A DNA stretch of 64,000 bases from Amphiscolops sp. MND2022. Its lineage: Eukaryota. Where the stretch lies: NCBI GenBank assembly GCA_964187785.1, contig OZ076409.1:44456001-44520000 (forward strand), in the 5' to 3' direction. Position 1 is the stretch's first letter. The number at the start of each line of letters is the position of its first letter. Below are positions 51,417 through 62,703 of the stretch, piece by piece. A program made the position numbers and the translations under genes. The notes under the pieces were generated by a model that searched no databases, had not been told where the DNA came from, and was given only the letters and a program-made list of their open reading frames with translations.

Positions 51417-52901
51417 CTTTCGTTTAATGACTGCGAGTTTTGTTGAAAGATAAAATAAGATTTTGATTTTCTTGTTGTAAGCTGGTCAAGCTGAGGTTTT
51501 GAACGACAAATAACCGTTCCACTTTCTCTCCTGTTTATGTTTTCTTCGAATTCTATTGGTCTGTTTTCCCGCTTTCGTTCCGGTCCGTCCTGAGCTTTTA
51601 ATGCGACGAACTTACGACTCTTCTGTGATTGGTCAATTAATTGATCTAAGGAAAAAATTCTGTTCTAGTTTTGTTTCCCTTCAGCTTCATCGTAATGATG
51701 TCATTAGTTTCTTTCGAAAGGAATACAGCTACTAAGCGTAATATCCGAAATGGCTTTTAGAAGATTTCTTCAAAGCTTCTTGGTGAACTAGTAATTCACC
51801 TGTAGGGTTTTTGGAAACGTTTTGTTCCGTCAGTGCCATAATGGTCTCTTATTGGAGTTGAAGAAATGGATAATTTGTTTTTCCTAAGTAAGATGAAAAC
51901 GATGCTAAAGCTTTGCATTGTTCTTTTTCCGGGATAGTCTCGTTGGTATACTTTTCTTCGTCTTCTTTACTGTCCTTTTCCTTTTTAGATTTCACTGAAG
52001 ATATTTGCTACTGATCTTGATGGATGATGAAGAGGTTGTTCCGCCTACTGTCACAGCTACTGGTTTCGTCGGTGGGAACGAAACTAATTTCTGCTTCTCC
52101 GATGATGACATGGTTTATACGGAGGAAGAAAATATTGAAGATGCTTCAGGTTGGTAAAATCTTTCTGACTTTTATAGGCAATAGGACTATTGTTATTTTG
52201 GTGATCAGCCTTTTATAGTCTTGACCGTAACTCTGACGCGTCTGAATCCAGATCTTGATTTTCAGTACCTCAACCTGGCACTTCCACTGCTGTTACTTCC
52301 GTAGCTGCAACGGTAACTAATACTTCTGGAACTGTAACGGGAACTAGTACTTCTGGGGCTGTTGTGTTGTCTTCAGTTCCACTATTCTTGCCTCTAATTC
52401 TTCTTGTTTCGTTAACGCTGCGTTGATTTCTGTGTTGTCTGTGCCTGAAGTTCCACTGGCTGCAATCCCTCTTCAGACCGAGACAGAATCGACAACTTTC
52501 GATACTGCTGAAGATGCTGATAGTGAGTCTCAAGAAGGTGAGACTGATCCCCCGGCAACAAAAAATCCGGTTGGTATTCTGTCAATTGCCCCATTGTTGT
52601 TCATGGTAGAGTAAAAAAGGGCGTGCATGGATATGTTTTTTGTAGTTCTAGATCTAAGGGGTAGTGTGACCCGGAAGGTTGCCGTTAATTTTGCAACGCC
52701 GACAAAACGTGCACGGAAAACTGTTCCGGCACCTCCACCTCCTCTTCCCCCTTTGACACATTGTCTGAGTGGTTGGCAAAGTTAATTGAATTGCACTTTA
52801 TTTCTGTTGTCTTTCCGTGGATCTGCGGGGTAGGGTGATGATTATACCACGAGTGTTTTTTTTGCTCTTTGGTTAATTTTATTGTTCTTGTGTAGGTCAG
52901 G

Positions 52902-55900
52902 ATGATGAACAGCTCTACACTACCGGGGAGGTGACGTGGAGTCCCCAAATTGTGATGCAGTGGGACCGACAGCTTGCGGAGGAGATGAAAGAGAGGACCT
53001 CACTGGCAATTCAGAGCTGTTAGTATCAGTTGTTGATGTCTTACCGCAGGGTTTGCTTTCCTTGATTTACGTCGTTGGGCGTACCGTGCTCCTTCCGCAA
53101 TTTAACTGTATTTCCTTTCCCTAACACTGTGTATGTGTGTTGTAGAATTTCAAGAACTCAACGAGAAGGTGGAGCAGCGTCTGGCTAAGCGCCCAGTGAA
53201 AAAGTATAGCAGTCGCAATGAGCTACATCGTAGTATGTTGGACCGCCATCCTGCTTTCGCCGACTTTGTGACTGGGGCCAAGGACGGGAAAGGAACGCAT
53301 TTCCACTGTCGTGTCTGTGATCATGATGTGGTCATGAAAGCACATGGTTCCGGCGAGTTTAGTCGACATTTCCGGTCTGACGCACATTGGTTTAAGGACG
53401 TCACCTGCCGCGTTCATATGGGCCTGCAAGTTCTGAACAGATTGATGGAACCTATGGAGTTATCAGACAGTCAACTTGCTAATTGTAGGTCACGGCCTTT
53501 TGTGGACTTGAGCGGGGAGTACCTGTTTCCAGAAGATCTTTTGCCGAAGCATTCTAGGGCGGGGACAAAGGTGCACTTTATGACGTTGGTGTCCTGTTTT
53601 TCTTCGGAACGGTGGTGACTTCGATTCCCTGCGCCGTCTGTGGGGACATTTATCTGCGACTTTGTGTGGCCAGGAGCCTGGATTTCCTCTACGATGGAGT
53701 TGTTCAGAGACTGTTGTAAGTCGGGTATTTTCTGCTTATTCTTCGTTTTTTTGTCTTTGAGGGGGTGGGAGAAAAAGAAAAATAATAATTGAATAGATGG
53801 TGGGCGCTGTGGTTGTCTGTTTCTTTTGATGTTCTTCTGTGTTTGTGTTTTTTAGTCCTTCCTATGCCAGGGGTTAGCGCCGCGTGTCCTTCGGCTCATG
53901 GTCAATGATGTCAATTCCCTCAAGGAGTACGGGATACAATCCGAGAAAGTGGGCAATGAGGAACGATGTTATGTTCATTGTTGGGAAGGGACGAGTCTCA
54001 AGAAGATCTGTGTCAGCAGTCAGACTTTGGATCAGAAAGTGCCAGATGCCGAACTTGTTCCGTTAGTCCAAGTGGTAACCTGTTTCGAGGGAGAGCAGTT
54101 GCCTGTGTGAGTTCTTGGCGCGAGTCCGTCCCTTATTCGTGTGCTGGATGATAATCGAGCTGATGGTCGTAGATTTATGATGTGGCAGTTGTTTAGCGAG
54201 GAGGTGTTCCTTCAGTGTTTTCGGCAGTCTCATCAGGACGTATTTGGAATGTTGAAGGTGACGACGGCCCTCGAATACGTAATTCATTGTCTGAAAGGGT
54301 CTCTTTACGAGGACTGGGCCGAAGATAAGCATCTTTTGCGTACATGTATCCGGAAGGGTTCTGTTGTATTCAGTGAACTTCGGAATGTCCTGAGCGATGT
54401 AATTGAACTTTGGCCATCGATTCGTCCATACGTCCGTTATACGGGCCATCCGCATTTTAAGAGCACTGTTGATTGGGTAAGCACCTTCTTTTTACGTATT
54501 GTTTTCGCTTGGGGTTGGGTTTCGGGTTTCTTCTGGGTACGGTAGTTATTCCTCATTATTGTATCGTGTGATTGTTGTATGGTAGTTGTATTGTTTAGCT
54601 GAGAGGCACCGACTTTGAACTAATTCCCGATAATTTGATCGTTTTATCGGTTTGGTTTCCTGCGGCTGCCTCTTGACACTCGTAAGTATAATCCTTTCTG
54701 TTATGTGTCCGTGATTTTGACTGACGACTGTGTTTGATTGATTGGAAATTCTATCAGTTGGGAATTTGTCCTCTTTTGGTTTGCTTGGTTTTGTTTATAT
54801 TCTTCTTTCCTTTTCTTTGGCTGTATTTTCATGTTTCGTTTTAGACTACATCAACTTCGAAAATGTTCGACAATGCCGTACGGATTACGCTTTCCATGGC
54901 TATGGTGAGGTGTGTAACTTCATCTATTGTTTTTTGATGAGGACCCGCAAGTTATCCGATTTACCGGGCATCCATGAATGGGAGAGTTATATGGATGTTT
55001 CAAAACTTTCTTCTTTTGGTGTCATTGCTGTGGAGGACTTTCTAATGGACTGCGATTTCGGACGTGAGTTGTCTGCCATTAAGACGAGTGAAATGCGGGA
55101 GTTTCGCGTTAAATGTCGGGAGTGCCTCGATCGATTTGTGTTCTTGGTTCTCGAAAATATGACTGTAACTTCTGGCATTTCGCGAGGGCTGTACAGTTTT
55201 TGTCCTGACATCATGCTGGAGGGCGATGATCAGCATGTGTTTGAAGTATTTGATTCACTTTGTGAGCTGTTTGGAACATGCAACGTATTGTCCTCAGATG
55301 ATTTGAAGGCCGCCGCTGTCGAGTACAAAAGGTATGTCGTGGAGAAACGGAGGCATCACAAAGATTCTACTTATGCTGCGAATGAGATCCGTGATGTGGT
55401 GCAGTTTCTATTGCGGGATTTTAGCTTCCAGTCCCGTACGCATGTGTTCCGATTGTTCAAGATTTGTTGCCTCATTGTTGGAACACGGGATAGCAATCCT
55501 CCTGTAGTGACTATTGATCTAAGAGGCAGTGCACTTGACCAGGCAATGGTTCAGGATTGTATTCTAATTGTGCAATCTCACGTCCTTGGCCCGAGTTTTA
55601 GTCCTCAAATATTCTTTTCTGGATCTTTGCTCCTTGCTGTTCAAAATGCTATTACAAATTCAGGAGGGTTCGTTGTTGGTGCTGGAGTTGATATATGGGA
55701 AGGCCTCCGGCTCAGTGATGTATCTGCTTTCGTTGGCCGTTATAAATCCTTGTAAAGGAGTTATTTGGCAGAGCGGCGCAAGAGTTGTCAGACCTATTTT
55801 ATAGAGTGCAAACCGGAGTGCTCGCGACAGTCAAATTTCCAGTGCGGCTGAGACAGGGAGTAGTACAAGTTCCGTAGTCAGTTCGAAGAAGTCGAAAGTG

Positions 55901-56113
55901 TCTAATCCCAAATCAATATCGACGAGGGATGTGTACGTTGCTGTTTCGTCCAGTAAGAGTATGGGCATGTCGTGTGGATCATCTAAGAAGGACGGCGTAG
56001 GAAGTACGAAATCCGCTGTAGGAGTTGATTGTTTGTCAGATGGAGGAACACAAGACCCTTCTAAAAAGAAAAAAAAACCCGCCCAGGGAGAAGGATCCCA
56101 GTGTCGCCCATAG
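52902..56113 (+). pseudogene. Antisense spliced cargo gene: BED-like C2H2 finger plus hAT-transposase-like body lacking catalytic motifs
   Basis: GT-AG exons ~52896-53050, 53146-53715, 53856-54476, 54599-54681, 54845-56113. Motifs 'FHCRVCDHDV...GEFSRHFRSDAH', 'GLAPRVLRLMVNDVNSLKEYGIQSE', 'LWPSIRPY', 'FRLFKICCLI'. Several stops and frameshifts. Confidence 0.7.
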
Positions 56114-56311
56114 ATTGAAGAAAGGTGCCAATAATTAGACTGTGGCTTCTGACTCTTTGATGTTATATTAATTTTATACTTATGGTTTGATGATTTGTTG
56201 TATTTTCTTTTTCTTGGGATATCGTCAGTATGTGTAGTGTTTTGTAGTTTAGAATGTTCCAAAATTTGACGTAGCCACTCCGGTTCGGTTTGGTATACTA
56301 ATCATTTTTAT

Positions 56312-59300
56312 CTAGGCCTGAGTTGAACGTAGATCGTCCGTAGTAACTGAGTCGAGCATTCTGAAGTCAGGATTTACGTTAGGTCGTGGATTAGGTCGTA
56401 AGTTATATCTTCCCACTTTTCTAGGATTATATCCAACAACAATAGGCGGCAGTTCAGGAGTTTTGGGGGGGCTTTGTATCGGCGGTGGGGTCAGAATATA
56501 TGGCTTATCGCTGACATCTAGGTTGAATGACGTAACGTTGTCGGAGGATGTTTTATCCCCTTCAGTAATTTCATTTGTGGCTGTTTGAACCACGTCATTT
56601 TCCGTTGTAGTTTCGCTTGTGGCTGTTTTAACCACGTCATTTTCCGCAGTAAATTCGTCGTTTTCTGTTGTGTCTGTGATTTCTGTAACTGTAGCTTCTT
56701 CGAGGACGTTTTCCGTGGTATTTCCGAACAGAACTTCTCCGAATTTGATTTCCCAAGCTTGCGCCTACCAATCATTGTGGGTTGTTTTAACCTCTGGATC
56801 TTCCCTTCTGACTGTTACGTCAGGTACTCGCTGATTGGGCGCATATAGCCTTAGGCGAATTCTAAGGAGGGTTTGAGTATACCGAGTTCCTGGGCGACGT
56901 ACGACGTAGTTGTTGTTCGAGAGTACTTTGACAACTATGTAGGGACCAGTCCAAATGCTATCTTTGAGAGCGAATTTCATCGATTGGTTGTCTGCCTTCG
57001 GATTAAGAACGTAGCAGTAGTCGTTGACTTTGAGCGGCGTAGCCGTTGCTTTCTTGTCATAGTACTGTTTGTATTTGAGGTAAGACTGCATTAGATTCTC
57101 ATTGGCGGCTTGGTGTATTTCGGCTGTTTGTTTCTGTAGTTGATCCGTTTTTTCTTCGTTGTTATCTTTTTCCCAGTCAGGTTTCAATCCGAGTTTTATG
57201 TCCAGAATGTTGTACGGAATGCGTCCGTGAAATACTGTTGTAGGTTCGCAGCCTAGGTTTTCATGGTAGCTCGTATTATAGGTCATGACTGCAATCTGGA
57301 GGTATTTGTGCCACATGGAACGTCGTTCTCCCGTAGATATTTTTGTGAAGTCTTCATTGAGGCATGTGTTCGTTCTAGTATATCGATCGTTTGGGCATGT
57401 TTCGTTGATGCGTGGCTTATCCCTATGTCAAGCGTTTGAGCTATTTGGTTGACGACCTCCGATCTGAACTGTGATCCTTTATCCGTTAGTATGACGGTTG
57501 GTAGGTAGCAATGCCTTGTCATGACATCAATTATACTTCGTGCCACTGTTTTTGCTGTCATTTCCTGAGTCGGGTATGCGAAAAGGTAGCGAGGGAAGAC
57601 GTCCATCATCGTTATGATGTGTTGGTATCCCTTTGAGGAAGGTAGATTCGGTAAGATGTCCACTTCTAGGCAGTCTTCTGGTCCCATTGTGAATTCAGTG
57701 TTGCTTAGCATTTTGGGACGTATCTGTCTCGTGTCAATTCTTTTGTTGGCAATGCAATCTGGACAACTGGTTACCCAAGCTCTGATTTTGCGTGCAAGAC
57801 CCGGGAAGTAGTATTTCGTTCTGCATTCCTGAATCATTTTGGTAATTCCTGGGTGTTTGATTGTTTTTCCATGCATGGTGGACAAGAGTTCTGGGACTAG
57901 GTGTTTTGGGATTATCATTTGGTTGTGTGTAACTGATCCGTCTTCTCCGTAGTATTTCCGCATTAAAACTCCATCTTTCATTATGATTCTTTCTTGGTGA
58001 CGTAATAGGTTTCGTCCTCTTGGTTCAGTTTTGAGAAGATGTTTGTCATATTCTTCGTGTGAGATCCGTTGTTTCAGTGCTTTATGGAGAGGATATGCAT
58101 CTTGCTCATTTCTGATTCGTGCATTTTCCTTGATTGCGCCGAACGAGTAGACTGCGGAGCTGTGAGGTATCTTGATGACTTCAGTTACTTTCGTTGATAG
58201 GTCCTTTTCGTGTTCGTCGGTAGCACGTTGCTTGCTGAGTGCTTTCCTTGCGAATATTTCTTGTTCGGATTCTTCTTCTTCATCTGGTAGGAAGAAAAGT
58301 TGTTCGTCATCCGCTACATCTGATGACTGTAGATTGACCTCAATTGGTGACGTTAATATGTCGTCTCGTAGTTTAAGTTGTACCATCTCTTTTCTTGGTG
58401 TGAGTTCAAGTCTTGAGAGAAAGTCGGCTGCTGTGTTCTGGGAGCCCGCAACGTGCATGATCCGGAATTCGAACTGAAGTACGTAGTCGCAGGCATTCCA
58501 CAGTGCGGGTGGTGTTGTTTTCGTCTGAATGAATCTGGTTACTGAGCGGTTGTTTGTCAAGATCAGTGTCGGAATTGTTGTCTCCCATAGTATGTGGCTG
58601 TACTCAAGAAAGGCGTGGTAGATTGCCTGGAATTTCTTGCAGTAGATAGACATTTTCAGTTGTGCAGGTGAGAAAACTCGTGATCCGGACGCTACTGGTG
58701 CGAAATGTTTCCGTTTGGAGAGTAGTTTGCGTTCATCAATCTCTTCAATCATGAGGGCGTAACCAGATGCACGGAAGCTTGCATCCGTCATTAGAACGTA
58801 CTGTTTTCCTGATAAGGGCTGTCTGAGTGCATGCAAGTCCACAGGCTTCCGCTAAGCTAGCGTTGATTTCTTTAAAGTTATCAACGAGTTTCTCTGAGAT
58901 TCTGATTTTGGAGTCTGCTTTTAGAAGTTCATACATACCAATGAGTTTTTCTGACAATCGCGGTATGTAATTGCGATAGTAGTTGACAAAACCAATATAT
59001 TTTTGAACCTGCCTTTAGGACTTCGAGAAGCGGACTTTGGAGAGGAATATTTTGACCTTTTGATCTTGCGGAGCTACTCCGTCAGGGGTGATGTTTCGTC
59101 CAAGAAATTCGATTTGGGTTACTCCAAAATGACATTTTTTGATGGATAGTTTTAATCCTGCCTCTATAATACACTTGAAGACTGCCCTGATATTCTTTAT
59201 GAGCTGTTCCGTTGTACTTGCGGCAATTCCAATGTCACCTACATATTGTGCACATTGGTCCGTTTTGATGACTGAATCCAGATACTTACGCACAAAGCGC

Positions 59301-60600
59301 GAAAAGGCTGATATAGCTCTGCTTAGTCCTTGTGCCAGGCGACGGTAGTCGAACGTCCTACTTGCAAAATTGAAAGCAAGTAATTCTACTGACCTTTGGT
59401 CTGCCATTTGGAGGCAGTGGTATGCCAGGGAGCGGTCGAGCTTGCAGAACAGTTTCTTCCCCGCAAGGTGTTGTGCCGCGTCTGAGAGGGTGCTGACAGG
59501 GTGGTTGTTGTTGATGTAGTCATCGGCAATGAGTGCGTTGATTTTGCGCTGATCCACCAATAGTCTCAGCTTGCCGTTGGGTTTACGTTGTGCAAATATG
59601 GGACTGGCATATTTGAAGAAGGGAAGTGTCGTGATGATTCCGTATCTGTGCATGAGGGCTAGTTCCACTGTCAGATCTTCTTTGAGGTTGATGGGGACGG
59701 GTAGGTTTTGTGTGTAGACTGGTTTGTCGTCCTATGGGGTTGGGCTGACTTGGGTGTTCTGGAGTTGGGAACCAGATTTTCTCTTCTTTATCTTCGGGCC
59801 GTGCTACTTACATTAATGCATTAATATACATGACCACATCGTCGTGTTCGGTAAGGAGGTTCAGGGCGGCTATGTCGACTGGACGGATCATTTTCGTTTC
59901 CTCGGGTTTCAGAATTTGTAGCTCGGCTATTTTCGTGTCAGTTGCTATTGTGTATGGGAAATCCGTGGTGTTGGCGATTTTAATTGGTACCTTTTTATCT
60001 CTGGCTGTGGTGATTGCTGGGGCTACTATTATTTTCGCGCATTCATCAAATTCAAATTGCGGTAAGGGTTGTATTGTACCAGTCATTGGATGTTCGGTAC
60101 TTACGGGGATAGATGCGTAGATGATTCGGTTAGAGTGCGCAAGAATTGTGTGCTGGGCTTCGGTCTTTTTTGTGATTGGGTTTGGGATTGCACTTTTGCC
60201 TTTCATCGATGAGTGTCATCGTGATTTGGATCTTGGGGAAGTCAATGGTTCCTTGTGCAGTGTCGAGGATTGCGGCATGCTTCCGTAGAAATGCTAATCC
60301 GAATATAGGGAATGATGTTTGATTCATGATTATGAATGTTTCTTCGAAGGTGTAGTCCCCGATTTTAAAACGTAAGGTGTACGTGGCGAGTGGTTGTTCT
60401 AATTCAGCGTTAGCGTACTGTACTTTGAAAGGGGGTGAAGGTGCTTTAATAACAATACATTGACTAGCGTTCTGTCGGAGTTTTTCGACGTCCCTTTCGC
60501 TAATAGCGTTAACGTAGGCACCTGAGTCGACTAAGGCGTCGATTTTGACAGTGTTGATTTCGACTGGTAGAAAAAGCTATCATTTTTTCTTCTTGAGGGC
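56312..60600 (-). pseudogene. Gypsy pol (protease, dUTPase-like region, RT, RNase H, integrase), frameshifted
   Basis: Protease LVDSGA (~60530); RT 'YASPIFAQRKPNGKLRLLVD..YVGDI' (59015-59668); RNase H 'MTDAS' (58842-57283 ORF); integrase H-H-C-C, 'VDI', 'TDKG', 'LER'; GPY motif 'WTGPY'. Confidence 0.92.
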
Positions 60601-61259
60601 AATGGCGGACATTTACGGAATGTAGTCGTCATTTTTGTCATGCTGGATGAATTCTTTGATGGCGTCTAAATCTTCAGGCAGTTTTGAAGGGCATTCCGTG
60701 ATTTGTCCGTCGTCGTTTGCCATTGCTCTGGCGGGCACGGTTTTTGGGGGTGTTACTGTAGGATCAGTGTTCTCTCGTTGTTCTCTTTCTTGATGTGCCC
60801 ATATTGTTTTATCCTCAATGCAGATGATGTTCTCTGCATCTATCGGTGTGGACGTAATGGTGACGGGCGCTGTGGGAGATGGTGTTGTCCTTTTCAGGAT
60901 CGGTGACGGTGGAAATGGTTAGTTTGTAATCTCAGTGGACTGGGCTTGAGGTTTTGAAACTTGGATTTTGAAAGATAGTTTATTTGTGTCATAGATGGTT
61001 GGTTCATCCCAGGGGTCACATCTATAGTCTCTGTCATATATGTAACTTCGTTCCGTTTTTGATTCTGGCAGTGGTCTTTTGAGTGTCGCATAGTTATCGG
61101 GTGACTCCGTTATCCATTGGGGTAGTGGTGTTGGATCTTCGGGGTGTTTGGCGTTATGTCTAAGTATCATGCCTACGTTCCAGCGCTGTTGCAAGTCCTG
61201 TGTTGATTCTTCATTGCATTCTGTCATAAGCTATTCTTCGTATCTATTTGGGGGGTCTT

Positions 61260-62703
61260 CTATTGTGTACGCCCTCGCGTCAACTTTTTCCCCAAATCGT
61301 AGGCGCGGCGACTTTTGTTTTTTGGCTGAGAGGACGTAGTGGGTACGGGTTGTTTGTTGATCTTGTTGGTTGGGATGGTGAATTCTCGTTTCTTTTTGCG
61401 GGGGTCGTTTGCCGCATTGGCTCCGTCCCAGCAATTTTCTGTTTTATGCTTTTTTTCCGCAAGTGTCACATTTGGGTTTTGGTGCCTCAGTCTGTTTGGG
61501 TTCAGTGTTGCTTGTTTTTGTTGCATAGTACCTGTCTTTGCGGAGGCGACGACATTGTGCCTTGTAGTGGCTATATTTGCCACAGTGAAAACAGTTGCCT
61601 CGTTGTGATTGTTCTTTCTTGTCTTCCATCACTACGGCGTCCACTTAAGAGGGACTAGGGTTGTTTCGTCGGGCGCACCTAGTCCGTTTAGTCGCATCTC
61701 GCGTTCAAGATGCAGCACTATATCGTTGTATGGCTTATCTTCTAGGTAGGCTCTATTGAGGGTCTTTTTGACGTGGTCCGGCATTTTAGCGTAAATGGCC
61801 TTGTCAATGAATTTTTGTGCCTCTGAGCCAAACACTTCTTTTGCGGTTTTTTGCAGAATGTCAAGAAATTCATGAAGTTTCTGCTTAGTTTCTGCTTAGT
61901 TTCTTGCTTTGGCTGCAGATTGGAAGTCGCCAAAACGACGTTTGAAAGCCGTTATGACTTCTTCTAAATCATCTTCTTTGGTATCTTCAAGATTGCAGTA
62001 CGCTTGTAGCGTGTTTCCTCGTAGCAGTGAGTGGAATCAATTTTTTTTCTGGACTTCCGTGAGATTGGGGTATATTTTAATATTGTTTCGGAATAGGTCC
62101 TCAAAAAGTTCAAAACTTTTCGGACTTACCATCGAAGACTGGAAGCGAAGCGGTGAGTGCTTTCGGCATCGGAAGTTGATTGGTAGATGGGAATGTCTGC
62201 GGTTGTGGCGCGAACAGTATCTTCGATGTAGAAGGACGGTCTCTAGTTGGTTCGCTAGGCGCTCGTTGTTGTTTTGGCCTCTTTGTGGGTTGATTGGTGG
62301 AGTCATTGAGGACTCCTGTCACCATGTTACGACAGTTTACCGGTGTTGTTTTCGAGCTAGTCGCAGTGTGAACTTTGACGGGTGTGGACGTCCTCGTTAT
62401 GGAGATGTTCTCTGGTTCAGAATCAGAGTCTTGAACATCTGAGCGGACAGTTTGTTTTTTATTCAAAGATGCTATTAGTTTAAGCATTTCTTTTTGGTTT
62501 TCTGCAAGTATTTTAGTTAAATCAGACATGATTTCTTTCCTTAGAAATGTTTTTATCTCAACTAGACTCTCAGGCTCTACTCTAGGGACTTTGCTAGAAC
62601 TAGCTACGAGGTTTTCCGACGGAGAGTTCTCGGCTAAAGAAACTTCTAAATCTTCAGGAACTAATTCAGCTACAGCTTTCCTCTTCTGACTTCTAGTTGT
62701 CAT
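61260..62703 (-). pseudogene. Gypsy gag with CCHC knuckles, starting inside the 5' LTR
   Basis: MTTRSQKRKA at 62703; 'LPVFDGKSEKFELFEDLF'; CFHCGKYSHYKAQC and CDTCGK.H...C; frameshifts. Confidence 0.85.

Noticed and set aside
54742..55755. env gene of the Gypsy element
   Set aside because: Wrong strand; the hydrophobic N-terminus of the listed ORF is T-rich intron sequence upstream of the acceptor at 54844; no furin site or C-terminal TM segment.
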